Counted from the stretch's first letter, positions 18,500-29,728 are shown. The stretch: DNA of 64,000 nucleotides from Vicinamibacterales bacterium (GCA_963821375.1 CAWGDN010000001.1:136580-200579), one strand, 5' to 3'. Notes: generated from the letters alone by a model not told the origin. Numbers and translations: made by a program.

Positions 18500-21400
18500 C
18501 TAGAACGTAAATCGGGCGCCGAATTGCATTTGCCGCGCGATGGAATTAGCGGTGTTCGAGATCACCCCGAAATTGGCGTTTCCGAGCGCCGCGGCCGGGT
18601 TACCGAAAGTCGGCGTATTCGTAATGTTGTAAATCGCCCACTGGAGTTGGAGCGCAAGGCCGCGGCCGAACTGTACGTCCTTGAAGAACGATAGGTCCAA
18701 CCGTTTCGATGTTGGGCCCCGCATGGAGTTCGGCAGAGGCATGTTGGTGCCCAGAGTCCCAAGGGGCGCCGCCTCGAAGGCCGCCGTGTTGAAGAACTTG
18801 GCAATCTGTTCTTCGGTCGATCGATCCCCCGGCAGATTCGGATCGCCGATCACGTTCGGTCGATCACCGGCGTTGATGACACGGCTGGTTGCGTTGGTCA
18901 CCGTGAACGGCAGGCCGCTGCGCCAGAATGCGGCGGCGTTGACTTGCCACCCGCCCAGGATGTGGCGCTTGAAGCCCGTCAGCTCATCGCCTGGCAGCTC
19001 GTAACCTCCCGTGAAGACGAAGCTGTGCCGAATATCACCCGGGGAGGTAAAGCGCTCGACTGCGGTGCGATTCGGGTATCCAGTGTTGTCCCACGGCACC
19101 CAACTCGTCCATTCTCCGTGGGCATACGTGTAATGAGTGGACATGCTCAACCCTGCGCGATACCGGCGCTGGAAGATGAGCTGCAGCGCGTCGTAGTACT
19201 GATTCCAGCGACTCTCTCGCAGTCCAATGTTCTGGAGGCCAGGTTGCACAGGGAAGTACGGCCGCGCGTTTTGCGCGTTGGTGCCGATGGGCTGAAGGTT
19301 GTAGTTCGCACCGCCGGCTCCGGGCGTGCCTCCGATGAACCGATCGGTTCGCGATCCCACGTAGCCGATGGACGCGACATTGCCTCCAAACTCCCGCTCC
19401 AGCACGACGTTGAACTGCTGCGTGCGCGTTGATTTGAAATCCGGATCCATCGCGGCGATGTTGCCGACCGGATTCGTGGCGCTGCTCGGGACAGGTTCCG
19501 GGAACCCTTGGGAAAGGAACACGTTGGGCGGCGCAGCGCCAGTCGCCTGAATAGAGGCGACGTAGCTGCTCGTAAAGGGCGGATTGCGGAATTGCGACGG
19601 CGAGTGCATGTTCGTCGGGAAGTAGGTCATTCCCCACCCTCCCCTCAAGACCGTTTGCGACGACAGCGTCGCGGCCAATCCCACTCTCGGCGACACGTTG
19701 GAAAAGTCCGTGCTGACACCGGCGGTGCTTCCCACGCCGTTCTGGCCCGGGATCAGCAGCGTCGCGGTGGTGAGGTCGAAGTTGCTGATCTGATTGTTCC
19801 GCTCGCTCAAGGGCGTGTAGACGTCGTAGCGGACGCCCAAGTTGAGAGTCAACCACGAGGTTGCCCGCCAGTCGTCCTGGACGAACATGCTCGGCTCGAC
19901 GGTGTGGTAATCGGGCACGGCCAGCGTCGCATTGCGTGACGCTGCAGAGGGATACCCGAGGAGGAACGTCGCGATCGAATCCCCGCCTCGGCCGCCGCTC
20001 GACGTCCACTGCTGATTGAAGCCGTAGGTACCCGAGGGCGAGCCGCCGACGCCGATGGCGATGAAGTCGCGGACGACGACCCCGGCTCCCGCCTTGACAT
20101 TGTGCGCGCCCATGGTCTTCGTCAGCGTCCCGCTGAACTGCTTGGTGCGATCGTGATACTCGATCGGCAGGAAGCCCTGATCGCCAAGGAATGCGTAGCC
20201 GGGCAGCTCGACACTGGTCAGGCCGGTCGCCGCCGCACTGTAGTTGGCCCCGGGAATGCCGAAGAGCTGGGAGGCGTTCGTTCCCTCGTTCGGGGGAAGC
20301 GAAGCCATGTCCATGTTGAGGTATCCGCCGCGCATCTCCGCAACGAGCGTTGGGGTGAAGACGCGCACGAAGTTGGCCTGAATGGCGTGGACCCACGTGT
20401 CGTTCGGTCCCGGAAACACGCCGCCGCCACCGACATTCCCGAGCACGCACCCTGGATCGATAGCCTTGCCGCTGACGTTGGCCGACGGACAATGGCCGGG
20501 CGTGAACGTGTCGACACCGTTGTACGAATAGCGCGCGAACAGTGAGTTGTTCGTATTGAAACGATGGTCGATGCGCACGTCGCTGGTATTGGACACTTGT
20601 GTGCGATCGGTGACGCCCGTGAAGTTGTTGATGGTCTGTCCCGTGGCCGTCTTGGTGCCTGGGAGGTTGGGCACGGGATAGAGCGCCATCATATTGCGCG
20701 CGATTGGGCTGATCCGGTTTTGAGGAATGATGTTGCCAGGGAACGGTGTGCGGTTGGCCGTCGGGTCGTGAATCAGGGTGCCGCCCGACAGCAGCTCCGA
20801 GAAGTCGCCGTTGCGCATAGCGAGCGACGGCACCGTAATCAGGTTCGGCTGCCCTTCCTCGAGGTTGTACCGTTCGAAGTCGGCGAAAAAGAACGTCTGA
20901 TTGCGGCGAACCGGGCCCCCGAGGCTGCCGCCGAACTGATTCTGGTTGCGAATCGGATCGCTCGTCGCGAAGTACGTCCGTTCGTCGAAGCGGCCATTGC
21001 GATAGAACTCGAACGCGCTGCCGTGGTAGTCGTTGGTGCCCGACTTCGTAATCAGGTTGATCACGCCGCCGGCGGTCCGCCCCGATTCCGCCGTGTAGGA
21101 GTTCGTTGTGATCCGGACTTCGGCAATCGCGTCCATGGACGGGCGCACACCTGCCGTGCCGATCAGGCGTTGATTGTTGTCAGCGCCGTCAATCATCTGA
21201 TTGTTCTCGGCCTCGCGCGCGCCGTTGATGCTCACGCCGACGGTCTGCCGCTTCTCGTCAGGGCGCGTGCCGTTGACGGCCGAGGACACGGCGCCGTCGT
21301 TCGCTCCAGGTATCAGTTGAATGAGGCGATAGATGTTGCGCTCGGCAAGGGGAATTTCCTGCGCGGCCTTCTCGGTGATCAGGCTCGCCACGCTTGAACT

Positions 21401-21790
21401 GTCCGTCTGCAAAAGCGGCGATTCACCCGTCACCAGCACGGTTTCGCTGATGGCGCCGACTTCGAGTCTTGCGTCAAGCCTCGCGCGGTCGCCGCTAGCA
21501 AGCACCATCTGCGCTGTATGTGTCTTGAAGCCCTGGAGTGAGATGCGAATCGAGTACGTCCCGATCGGCAGCAGCGTGAATGCATAGTCCCCGGTCTCGG
21601 ACGTGACCTGGATTCGCTCCGCGCCCGTCCCGGTGTGATTGGCCGTGACCGTGACGCCCGGCAGGACCGCTCCGCTGTCATCGGTAACGCGTCCAATGAG
21701 ATCGGCCGTGGTAACTTGCGCAAGAGCGGCGTCAGACTGCAGGATTAGACCGACGCTGACGAGGCACACAAGTCGAAGGACAATCCGCAT
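18500..21790 (-). CDS. TonB-dependent receptor with N-terminal CarboxypepD_reg domain (Oar-like)
   Basis: AAGGAGGAG RBS; GRVTDDSGAVLPGVTVT, GGVINLITKSGTN, NQFGGSLGGP, QDDWR, C-terminal QFGARFTF. Confidence 0.92.
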   Translation of the reverse strand: MRIVLRLVCLVSVGLILQSDAALAQVTTADLIGRVTDDSGAVLPGVTVTANHTGTGAERIQVTSETGDYAFTLLPIGTYSIRISLQGFKTHTAQMVLASGDRARLDARLEVGAISETVLVTGESPLLQTDSSSVASLITEKAAQEIPLAERNIYRLIQLIPGANDGAVSSAVNGTRPDEKRQTVGVSINGAREAENNQMIDGADNNQRLIGTAGVRPSMDAIAEVRITTNSYTAESGRTAGGVINLITKSGTNDYHGSAFEFYRNGRFDERTYFATSDPIRNQNQFGGSLGGPVRRNQTFFFADFERYNLEEGQPNLITVPSLAMRNGDFSELLSGGTLIHDPTANRTPFPGNIIPQNRISPIARNMMALYPVPNLPGTKTATGQTINNFTGVTDRTQVSNTSDVRIDHRFNTNNSLFARYSYNGVDTFTPGHCPSANVSGKAIDPGCVLGNVGGGGVFPGPNDTWVHAIQANFVRVFTPTLVAEMRGGYLNMDMASLPPNEGTNASQLFGIPGANYSAAATGLTSVELPGYAFLGDQGFLPIEYHDRTKQFSGTLTKTMGAHNVKAGAGVVVRDFIAIGVGGSPSGTYGFNQQWTSSGGRGGDSIATFLLGYPSAASRNATLAVPDYHTVEPSMFVQDDWRATSWLTLNLGVRYDVYTPLSERNNQISNFDLTTATLLIPGQNGVGSTAGVSTDFSNVSPRVGLAATLSSQTVLRGGWGMTYFPTNMHSPSQFRNPPFTSSYVASIQATGAAPPNVFLSQGFPEPVPSSATNPVGNIAAMDPDFKSTRTQQFNVVLEREFGGNVASIGYVGSRTDRFIGGTPGAGGANYNLQPIGTNAQNARPYFPVQPGLQNIGLRESRWNQYYDALQLIFQRRYRAGLSMSTHYTYAHGEWTSWVPWDNTGYPNRTAVERFTSPGDIRHSFVFTGGYELPGDELTGFKRHILGGWQVNAAAFWRSGLPFTVTNATSRVINAGDRPNVIGDPNLPGDRSTEEQIAKFFNTAAFEAAPLGTLGTNMPLPNSMRGPTSKRLDLSFFKDVQFGRGLALQLQWAIYNITNTPTFGNPAAALGNANFGVISNTANSIARQMQFGARFTF

Positions 21791-21842
21791 AGCCGACTCC
21801 TCCTTGATGTTTAGGAACGGGGACGGAATCAAAGCGTAAACG

Positions 21843-21856
21843 TGGAACCGGTTCCA
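21843..21856. promoter_or_regulatory. LacI-type operator, site 2 (perfect palindrome)
   Basis: TGGAACCGGTTCCA between the divergent TBDR and DUF6152; TATAAT at 21899-21904. Confidence 0.8.
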
Positions 21857-21947
21857 GCATTTCTAGCACCAGGGCAAATCTCCGTCAACTGAAAGGTGTA
21901 TAATGCGAATCCAGATAGTTGAATCCAGCTTTTAGAGGGGGATCGGA

Positions 21948-22352
21948 ATGGTCCGACGCACAATCGTGGTTATCTCGACGATCGTGAACCTCGCCGTGCT
22001 CGCGGCACCCGTTCACGCGCACCATTCGTTTGCGGCATTCGATCAGAATCAGCGGATGACGTGGGAAGGCGTCATCACCGACGTCCAGTGGAAGAATCCC
22101 CACAGCTGGATCTACGTCGACGTCACTGAGGCGAGCGGCAAGGTCGTGAACTGGGGCTTCGAATCGACCAGTCCTGTGCAACTCGTCCAGCGGATCAAGC
22201 CGAGCGTGCTCAAGCCCGGCGTACGGATCAGCGTCACGGGCGCGCCCGGACGCGATCCCTCACTGCACATCGGAACGTTCGAGCAGTTCACGATCGACGG
22301 CGTCACGTACTACCCGATGCGGCCGTCCGGACGTGAGCGCGGCACCCCGTAG
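21948..22352 (+). CDS. DUF6152-like exported protein
   Basis: Signal peptide VHA then HHSFAAFD; WKNPH; paralog of 16078. Confidence 0.75.
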   Translation: MVRRTIVVISTIVNLAVLAAPVHAHHSFAAFDQNQRMTWEGVITDVQWKNPHSWIYVDVTEASGKVVNWGFESTSPVQLVQRIKPSVLKPGVRISVTGAPGRDPSLHIGTFEQFTIDGVTYYPMRPSGRERGTP

Positions 22353-22394
22353 CTCACGGCGGCCCCTCTCCACCGGACACCGCACAGCGCGACG

Positions 22395-23582
22395 CTAGCG
22401 CGCGACTGGCCCCTTCAATCGAACCTTCACGACGCGCCAGTTGTTCATGTCTGCGATGATCAGATCGTTCTCGGTCGGGCACGCGATGCCGTGGATCCAG
22501 TTGAACTGTCCGAGCTGGCGCCCTGATTCGCCGAACATGCCGACGATCTTGCCGTCGAGCGTCATCTTGTAGATCCGGCCCGGTTCGGAATCCGACGTGT
22601 AGAGGTACTGAGTCGGCCCCTGCGAGATGCAGATCGTCCACGGCTGCGTCTCGTCAGGTCGATTGGCCGCCAGGTTGCCAAGGACCGGCTGCCGCTTCTT
22701 GTCGTAGGGCGCGTTCAGGAGAATGAACCGCAGGAAATTGCCGTCCCGATCGAACACCTGGATCCGCCGATTGTTGCGGTCGGCGACGTACACGTTGTTC
22801 TGACGATCAACGCCAATATTATGGGGCGTATTGAAGCTTCCCGGGTTCTCGTTCGCACGAGTGCCGCCCGTGCCTCGGGTACCCCACGACTTGATCCAGT
22901 TGCCGTTCTTATCGAACTTGGCCACACGTGAGTTGACGTATCCGTCGCTGATGTAGATGTTGTCGTCGCTGTCGAACGCGATGTCAGTCGGGGCCCGGAA
23001 CTGGCTGTCCACATGCGTCGCCGCGGGGCGCTCTCCAGCCCCACCGCCACGACCCAAACCGTTGCCGCGATAGTAGAGCTCCTCGGGATCGTCGGGACCT
23101 TCCGGACGGCGCCCCAAGTTCATCGTGACGTAGCCGGCCGGGTTGAACCGCATCACCGAATGCGTCCCCTTGTCGACCACCCACAGGTTGTCGTACCGGT
23201 CGTATCGCACGCCGTGGGCGTATCCGAGCCCGTAGACGCCTCGGCCAATCTCCCGCGCAAACTTGCCCGTCTCATCGAAGAGCAGCAGCTGCGTCGTCGC
23301 GTTTCCGTACAGTGGACCCGACGTCGCGGAGCCGGGGTGATTCAGCACGAGGATCTGGCCCTTCGAGTTCACGGCCACCCCGAGCACCTCGCCCAGGTTC
23401 ATGTCGGAGGAGTACTTCAGAAAATTCGGCACCGATTCAAACGGCATCATCGGCACGTTGGTGTTCTGGATCGGCGGCGGCTGCTGCGCGATGAGCGGCG
23501 CTTCGGCAATGATTCGTATCCCCACCGCGATCAGGAGCGCACCTGCGCCGGCTGCGATCAACAACAATGTGGCTCTCTTCAC
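22395..23582 (-). CDS. NHL-repeat propeller, peptidyl-alpha-hydroxyglycine lyase (PAL)-like
   Basis: GGAGG RBS, GTG start; PTDIAFDSDDNIYISDGYVNSRVAKFD, FNTPHNI, VADRNNRRIQVFD. Confidence 0.85.
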   Translation of the reverse strand: MKRATLLLIAAGAGALLIAVGIRIIAEAPLIAQQPPPIQNTNVPMMPFESVPNFLKYSSDMNLGEVLGVAVNSKGQILVLNHPGSATSGPLYGNATTQLLLFDETGKFAREIGRGVYGLGYAHGVRYDRYDNLWVVDKGTHSVMRFNPAGYVTMNLGRRPEGPDDPEELYYRGNGLGRGGGAGERPAATHVDSQFRAPTDIAFDSDDNIYISDGYVNSRVAKFDKNGNWIKSWGTRGTGGTRANENPGSFNTPHNIGVDRQNNVYVADRNNRRIQVFDRDGNFLRFILLNAPYDKKRQPVLGNLAANRPDETQPWTICISQGPTQYLYTSDSEPGRIYKMTLDGKIVGMFGESGRQLGQFNWIHGIACPTENDLIIADMNNWRVVKVRLKGPVAR

Positions 23583-23608
23583 GATTGTCCTCCCGGCATC
23601 TGCCGACC

Positions 23609-24718
23609 TTAGCGAGTCGTTGGTGCCTTTCTCGCGGCGTTGTACTCTTCGGTCGCCTGGCGGATGCCGGCGACGTCGACGGCGGGCGTCAGCTGATTGC
23701 GGAACTCCTGATAGAAGCGGGCTGTGTCCATCACGATCCGCTCAGGCCCAATCCAGTTGTCGTACTTCCCCAGACGAATGTCGGCGGCGGCCGCACCGGC
23801 TGTCACGCGCGCGTCGAAACGCTTCCGCGCTTCGGTTCGAAGCAGCTCGAGGTACCCGCGCATGTCGGCGAGCTCGGCTTTGCCTCCGAGCGGTCCGTGG
23901 CCCGGGACGATCGTCTCCACCTTCATCTTCTCGATGCGATTGCAGACGTTGATCCACTCGCTGGGATGCGCGTTCTGGCACCACGGCGCGACGTAGAAGA
24001 ACGCGATATCCCCGAGAAAGATCACGCCGTGTTGTGGCAGGTACACGACGACGTCGCCGTAGGTATGGGCCGGCACCATCGGCAGCAGTTCGACGACGTT
24101 CTTCCCGTAGTGGTAGGTCATCTTCCCCTCGAACGTCGTCGTCGGGGGCACGATCTTGCGCGGGTCGGTCCCATCCGACCACCCTTCGCGCTTCGGCCAG
24201 AAGGGCGGTCCTGGCGCCGCCGCGGCTCTGACGACCTCGTCTCGACAGTACGGGTGGCTGACGATCTCCGCTCCCTCGAAATACTGGTTGCCGTTGATGT
24301 GATCGCCGTGATGATGGGTGATCACGACGTGGCGGACGGGTCGATCCGTCACCTTGCGGATGGCGGCGATCAACGCACGCGCATGCATCGGGGCGGTAAG
24401 CGTATCGATGACCAGCACACCTTCGTCGCCGACGATAAAACCCGCGTCGGCGACACTGGCGTTGTCCCGGCCGGGACCGCCCGCCTGAATGAACGCATAC
24501 ACCCCTGGCGCGACTTCCTTGACCTGAGCCTCCCAGGTTGGCGGTTGAGGAAACCGGGGATCCTGTGGCACGCCGACCGGCGGTACGCCGCCGAACTGCG
24601 CGTATAGATCGACCGAGCCGAGACGGGTTCCTAGAGTGGCAAGAGTTCCCACACCAAGGGTCGCGAGCTGCCCAAGCGCCTGACGCCGACTCCATGAGAT
24701 CGACTGGTCGTTCGCCAT
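23609..24718 (-). CDS. Tat-exported MBL-fold metallo-hydrolase (cyclase-like)
   Basis: GGAGGT RBS; SRRQAL signal; THHHGDH, AHT, LGD, PGHG. Confidence 0.85.
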   Translation of the reverse strand: MANDQSISWSRRQALGQLATLGVGTLATLGTRLGSVDLYAQFGGVPPVGVPQDPRFPQPPTWEAQVKEVAPGVYAFIQAGGPGRDNASVADAGFIVGDEGVLVIDTLTAPMHARALIAAIRKVTDRPVRHVVITHHHGDHINGNQYFEGAEIVSHPYCRDEVVRAAAAPGPPFWPKREGWSDGTDPRKIVPPTTTFEGKMTYHYGKNVVELLPMVPAHTYGDVVVYLPQHGVIFLGDIAFFYVAPWCQNAHPSEWINVCNRIEKMKVETIVPGHGPLGGKAELADMRGYLELLRTEARKRFDARVTAGAAAADIRLGKYDNWIGPERIVMDTARFYQEFRNQLTPAVDVAGIRQATEEYNAARKAPTTR

Positions 24719-24801
24719 CGATGTACCTCCCAGAACAAGTCTCGAGCTGCGGTAAGGAGAGCAGGATAACCGGATTTCAGGGCGACCGTAACATGATTCC
24801 A

Positions 24802-24815
24802 TGGAACCGGTACCA
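24802..24815. promoter_or_regulatory. LacI-type operator, site 3
   Basis: TGGAACCGGTACCA between the divergent MBL gene and TBDR. Confidence 0.75.
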
Positions 24816-24894
24816 CACTATGCTATCCTCCCCCCCAATCCGTCCCCCCAAGTTATTAGGTGCAGATGTTGAATTTAGACAGGAGGCACCGACC

Positions 24895-27852
24895 ATGAGC
24901 GCACGGCATCTGACAGTCACTCTCGCTATCGCGTGCGGCTTCATACTGCCGGGCCGAGCGCTGGCCCAGGACACGACAAGCGGCAGCATCGTCGGGATTG
25001 TGAGGGATACGTCAGGCGGCGTGCTGCCGGGCGTGGCCGTGGAGGCCGCGAGCCCGGCACTCATCGAAAAGACGCGCGCAGCGGTCACTGACGATCAGGG
25101 GCGGTACCGGCTCGTCGATCTTCGGTCGGGCACCTACAGTGTCACGTTCGCGTTGTCGGGCTTCGTTACGCTGAGGCGCGAAGGCATTGAGGTAACGACC
25201 GGCTTTGCTGCAACTGTGGATGGCGAAATGAAGATCGGCGCGGTGGCGGAGACCGTCACCGTCAGCGGCGCGGCCCCAATCGTGGACGTTTCGAATATCA
25301 CTCAGCAAACAGTGTTGTCACGCGAGATTGTCGAAGCCCTGCCAATCGGCAAGAACACCGGCGCACTCGTGGCGGTGATTCCTGGCGCGACCACGGCGGC
25401 GGCGAACATCGACGTGGGCGGCACGAGGAATGAGCAATCGCAAAATTTCACCATCCACGGCGGCGGCACCTTGGTTCAGCTGCGAGACGGGCTGTTCCTG
25501 GGGCTTCCTCTGGGAGGCCAGAATCACAGCATGTCGGCGATGAGCCCGACGTCGACGCATGAAACATCGCTTCAGGTCACCGGCGGCCTCGGGGCCGAGG
25601 CCCAGGGCTCGGGCGTGCAGTTGAACTTCGTGCCTCGCGACGGCGGCAACCAGTTCCACGGATCGTTTGTGGCCGACTTCGGGAGCGATGCCCTGCAGGC
25701 CTCGAATCTGGACGGGGATCTCGAGAACCGGGGACTCACGACCTCGTCGGAGATTCGCGACCTGTACGACATCAACGGCGGATTCGGTGGGCCGATCAAG
25801 CGGGATCAGGCGTGGTTCTTCACGAGCGCCCGACGGCTCGAGAACTCCAGCTTCGTGCCCGGCAACTACTACAACCGCCCGGACCTGATCGGATCGCTGT
25901 TCTACGTGCAGGACCAGTCCAACCCCGCATATGTGTGGTCGTACAATCGCGAGACGGCAACCCGCGCCACGTTACGCGTCAGCGAGAAGGACCGGGTGAC
26001 TGGCACCTATCTGCTTCAGGAGTCCTGCAACTGCTTCGATCAGATCGCTCTGGGTGCGCGGGCTCCCGATGGGACGAGCAACCGGCGCGTCTGGCCGCTC
26101 AACATGCTGCAGCTCGGCTGGACGCGGGTCCAGAGCAGCCGCCTCCTCGTCGAAGGGCGATTCGGCCTCATCGATGGCCGTGTGACCCAGTCGCGCGACC
26201 ACATCGCCCCGAATGCGATACCGATACTCGACCAGAGCCGCAACTATCAGTACAGCGCACCTGCCAACGCGGTCAACATCGGCACGCAGGATTTTGGCTC
26301 GTATCAGGGCTACGCGTCTGCCTCCTACGTCACCGGCACGCACAACCTGAAGTTCGGGATGCAGCTTCGAAAGATGAGCGTCGTCAACGACGTATCCCTC
26401 GACGTCGGCGATGGTGTGGGGTATGTGTTCAGCGGGTCGGCGCCAGGCGCCAGAACGGTCTCGCTGAGTTATTTTGTCGTGCCGTATCGCGACGAGAGCT
26501 TCAACCAGCAACACGCCCTTTATGCACAGGATCAGTGGGTGATCCGGCGCGTGACACTGAACCTCGGGCTACGGTTCGAATATTTCAAGGCGTACTATCC
26601 CGCACAGGACCAGGCGGCAGGGCCGTATGTGCCTGCGCGCTCGTTTCCGGCCGTGGACAACGCCGCGCGACTGACGGACATGAATCCCCGGCTCGGTCTC
26701 GCGTGGAACGTGTTCGGCGACGGTCGCACTGCGATGAAGGTTGCAACGGGACGGTTTCAGCCAGTGCAAGCAATCAGCAATGCGATAACCGCGCAACTCA
26801 ATCCCTTGCAGACGCTCTCGACCAGCGCAACGCGCAACTGGACCGACGATGGCGACTACGTCCCGGAGGACAACGAGCTCGGGGCGCTGAGCAATTCCAA
26901 TTTTGGCAAGCCGGTCGTGACGCAAACCTGGGACCGCGACGTCACGCACGGTTTCGGCAACTTGCCATACAGCTGGCAGAGCAGCCTGACGTTGTCGCAC
27001 GAGTTGCGGGCGGGTCTGGCCGTGCACATCGGGTACTACCGGACGACCAGCGGCAACTTCACCATCACCGATAACACGCTGCGTGGCACGGCAGACTACG
27101 ACACGTTCTGTCTGACGGCTCCGACTCATGCGGATCTGCCAGGTGGGGGCGGCTATCAGATCTGCGGCATTCAGGACGTCAAGCCGGCCAAGGTATCGGC
27201 AGTACAGAACATGGTGCGGCAGGCGTCTGAGTTCGGCGATTGGTCGAGCGTCTACAACGGCGTCGACATCACCGCCAGCGCCCGCTTCAGCCATGGAGGC
27301 TTCCTCACCGGTGGCGTGAGCATAGGCAAGACGACGACCGACAACTGCGACGTCGTGGCGCAACTGCCAGAGTCTGGCGCGGCCCCGCAGCAGAATTGCC
27401 GGTCGAATCCGCCCTGGATGAGCGGCACCGACTTCAAGATTTCGTTCGGCCGTGAACTGTTTTGGAACTTCCGCGGCACCGTAAACTACCAGAACACGCC
27501 CGGCATCGCCACGACCGCCGCATGGAACGCGCCCAATTCGCTCATCGCGCCTGTGCTCGGCCGCAACCTGGCGGCCTGCCCGGCGACCGGGAATTGCACG
27601 GCAACGCTGAACGTGCCGCTCGTCCCGAATAACTCGCTGTATCTGGAGGATCGCATCACGCTGCTGAACTTTGCGGTCAGCCGCGACTTCAACCTCCGCG
27701 GTGTGACCCTGCGTCCCCGCTTCCAGCTCGACAACTCGCTCAATTCGAATCCGGTCATCACTGTTAACAACACGTTCGGGAATACGTGGCAGCAGGCGCG
27801 CGGCGTGCTGACGCCTCGCACTGCGAAAATCGCAGTGCAGATGGATTTCTAA
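24895..27852 (+). CDS. TonB-dependent receptor with CarboxypepD_reg domain
   Basis: AGGAGG RBS; GIVRDTSGGVLPGVAVEAASPALIEK, GGPIKRD, AQDQW, C-terminal VQMDF. Confidence 0.9.
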   Translation: MSARHLTVTLAIACGFILPGRALAQDTTSGSIVGIVRDTSGGVLPGVAVEAASPALIEKTRAAVTDDQGRYRLVDLRSGTYSVTFALSGFVTLRREGIEVTTGFAATVDGEMKIGAVAETVTVSGAAPIVDVSNITQQTVLSREIVEALPIGKNTGALVAVIPGATTAAANIDVGGTRNEQSQNFTIHGGGTLVQLRDGLFLGLPLGGQNHSMSAMSPTSTHETSLQVTGGLGAEAQGSGVQLNFVPRDGGNQFHGSFVADFGSDALQASNLDGDLENRGLTTSSEIRDLYDINGGFGGPIKRDQAWFFTSARRLENSSFVPGNYYNRPDLIGSLFYVQDQSNPAYVWSYNRETATRATLRVSEKDRVTGTYLLQESCNCFDQIALGARAPDGTSNRRVWPLNMLQLGWTRVQSSRLLVEGRFGLIDGRVTQSRDHIAPNAIPILDQSRNYQYSAPANAVNIGTQDFGSYQGYASASYVTGTHNLKFGMQLRKMSVVNDVSLDVGDGVGYVFSGSAPGARTVSLSYFVVPYRDESFNQQHALYAQDQWVIRRVTLNLGLRFEYFKAYYPAQDQAAGPYVPARSFPAVDNAARLTDMNPRLGLAWNVFGDGRTAMKVATGRFQPVQAISNAITAQLNPLQTLSTSATRNWTDDGDYVPEDNELGALSNSNFGKPVVTQTWDRDVTHGFGNLPYSWQSSLTLSHELRAGLAVHIGYYRTTSGNFTITDNTLRGTADYDTFCLTAPTHADLPGGGGYQICGIQDVKPAKVSAVQNMVRQASEFGDWSSVYNGVDITASARFSHGGFLTGGVSIGKTTTDNCDVVAQLPESGAAPQQNCRSNPPWMSGTDFKISFGRELFWNFRGTVNYQNTPGIATTAAWNAPNSLIAPVLGRNLAACPATGNCTATLNVPLVPNNSLYLEDRITLLNFAVSRDFNLRGVTLRPRFQLDNSLNSNPVITVNNTFGNTWQQARGVLTPRTAKIAVQMDF

Positions 27853-27877
27853 CGGGGGACGCACGAGGAGGCTGGCA

Positions 27878-29728
27878 ATGAAGAAGCTCGTTTATTCGCT
27901 CGTGGCATTGGGGGTATTCGCAACCATTCAGATGGTTGCAGCCCCACGCGGTGTGATGTTGATGAATCGCATCGGGCCATCGACCATCGATCTCTTCATG
28001 GCGAATGCCGATGGCACGGGAGAGCGAAAGCTGTTTTCCAACTCCGATTTCGACTACAACGGCTCGTTTTCCGCTGACGGCCAATGGCTGATCTTCACAT
28101 CCGAGCGTGCTGGATACGGCCAAGCCGACATTTATCGCAGCCGGGTCGATGGCTCCGGCGTGGAGCGACTGACGGATAGTCCGGCAATAGACGATCAGGC
28201 AGTGCTGTCGCCCGATGGAAGACGGGTGGCTTTCGTATCGACACGAGAGAGCCGTACCGCCAACATCTGGGTGCTCGATCTGGCCAGCAAACGGGTTCAC
28301 AACGTGACAGGTGGTCGCGACGTCCAAGCCAGCGAGCCGGGCAAGCCAAGCGGCTTCTTCCGGCCGTCGTGGTCACCCGACGGACAATGGATTACATTCT
28401 CGTCGGATCGGAACACGGAGTGGACCGGTCATGAGAATGGCGCCGGCGCCGGCCACCGCCAAACCCTCAGCGTCTACGTCATTCGTCCCGACGGAACAGG
28501 CTTGAAACGGCTGACCGATGGAACCCGGTCCTCAGGAACTCCGCAATGGTCTGCGGATAGCAAGCGAGTGGTGTTCTACGAGGTGCCGGCGGGCGGTGCG
28601 GGTCGCGGCGGTGGTTTTGGCGGTTCGGCTGTCTCACAGATCGTCTCCGTGGACATCGCATCGGGCGATCGCATCGAGCACACATCGAGTCCCGGCGGGA
28701 AGGTGAGACCGCAGTTCGTCGGTGGCGAACGGATCGGCTATCTCCTGAAAACCGTACCGCGCGACAGCAACCTGGCGCCTGGCATCGCCTACAGCGACGG
28801 CGCGAAAGGACCGGCAGGAAATGTTCGTGCTCCAGCCTGGTCGCCGGACGGCAAGCATGTCGTCTACGAAAAGCAGAATTTTGCCGCGCGACCGCAGGGA
28901 CAACTGCTCTACAGCTGGGACCCGGACTATGAGTATCGATACACCGACGTGTTTCCGATGTTTTCGAGAGATGGCGCCCTCGTCACGACCGATCTGAATT
29001 CGACGATGGGCAATCCGCAGACCTCGGTGTCGACCTGGAACAGCCAGGGTTATGTGGGCCGCAAGCGTGTCTTCTGGGATCCGAGCGGCTCAGCGATGAT
29101 GGCGAGCTGGTCGCCGGACGGCAAAAAGCTCGTGTTCGGTTTCGGCGCCTTCTTCGGTGGCAGGAGCCAGAGGCCTGCACAGATCAAGATGATGAACGCA
29201 GACGGATCGAATATCGAGACGTTGACCGACGGACCAGTGAACTCGGGTTTCCCGAACTGGTCGCCGGATGGAAAGTCAATCGTCTACCGCGTGTGGGGTC
29301 TTGACGCAAACAAAGTGGAACAGCGGGGCCTTCGACTCATGAGCCTGGCGGATCGTTCCGTGAAGGTGCTCAGCCAGGAGTGGGACAACTTCCCGTTCTT
29401 CTCACCGAGCGGCGATCGTATCCTGTTCACACGACAGAAGGCCGACGACAAAGACTTCGACGTCTTCACGATGAAGCCTGACGGCTCCGACGTGAAGCGG
29501 TTGACAACGTCGCGGGGGACCGACGGACATGCCACGTGGACCAGCGATGGAAAGCGCATCCTTTTCATGAGCACTCGCACCGGCTTCAAGGATGAGCGCG
29601 AGATGTATGACAATTCGCCGCAGCCGTACGCGCAGAACTTCATCATGGATGTCGATGGCGGCAATGTCCGTCAGCTCACGGACAGTCGATGGGAAGATTC
29701 GATGCCCATCTATGTGCCGGTAAAGTAG
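27878..29728 (+). CDS. TolB-like double PD40/WD40 propeller, secreted
   Basis: Many WSPDG/FSADG repeats; GAGGAGG RBS; directly follows the TBDR. Confidence 0.85.
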   Translation: MKKLVYSLVALGVFATIQMVAAPRGVMLMNRIGPSTIDLFMANADGTGERKLFSNSDFDYNGSFSADGQWLIFTSERAGYGQADIYRSRVDGSGVERLTDSPAIDDQAVLSPDGRRVAFVSTRESRTANIWVLDLASKRVHNVTGGRDVQASEPGKPSGFFRPSWSPDGQWITFSSDRNTEWTGHENGAGAGHRQTLSVYVIRPDGTGLKRLTDGTRSSGTPQWSADSKRVVFYEVPAGGAGRGGGFGGSAVSQIVSVDIASGDRIEHTSSPGGKVRPQFVGGERIGYLLKTVPRDSNLAPGIAYSDGAKGPAGNVRAPAWSPDGKHVVYEKQNFAARPQGQLLYSWDPDYEYRYTDVFPMFSRDGALVTTDLNSTMGNPQTSVSTWNSQGYVGRKRVFWDPSGSAMMASWSPDGKKLVFGFGAFFGGRSQRPAQIKMMNADGSNIETLTDGPVNSGFPNWSPDGKSIVYRVWGLDANKVEQRGLRLMSLADRSVKVLSQEWDNFPFFSPSGDRILFTRQKADDKDFDVFTMKPDGSDVKRLTTSRGTDGHATWTSDGKRILFMSTRTGFKDEREMYDNSPQPYAQNFIMDVDGGNVRQLTDSRWEDSMPIYVPVK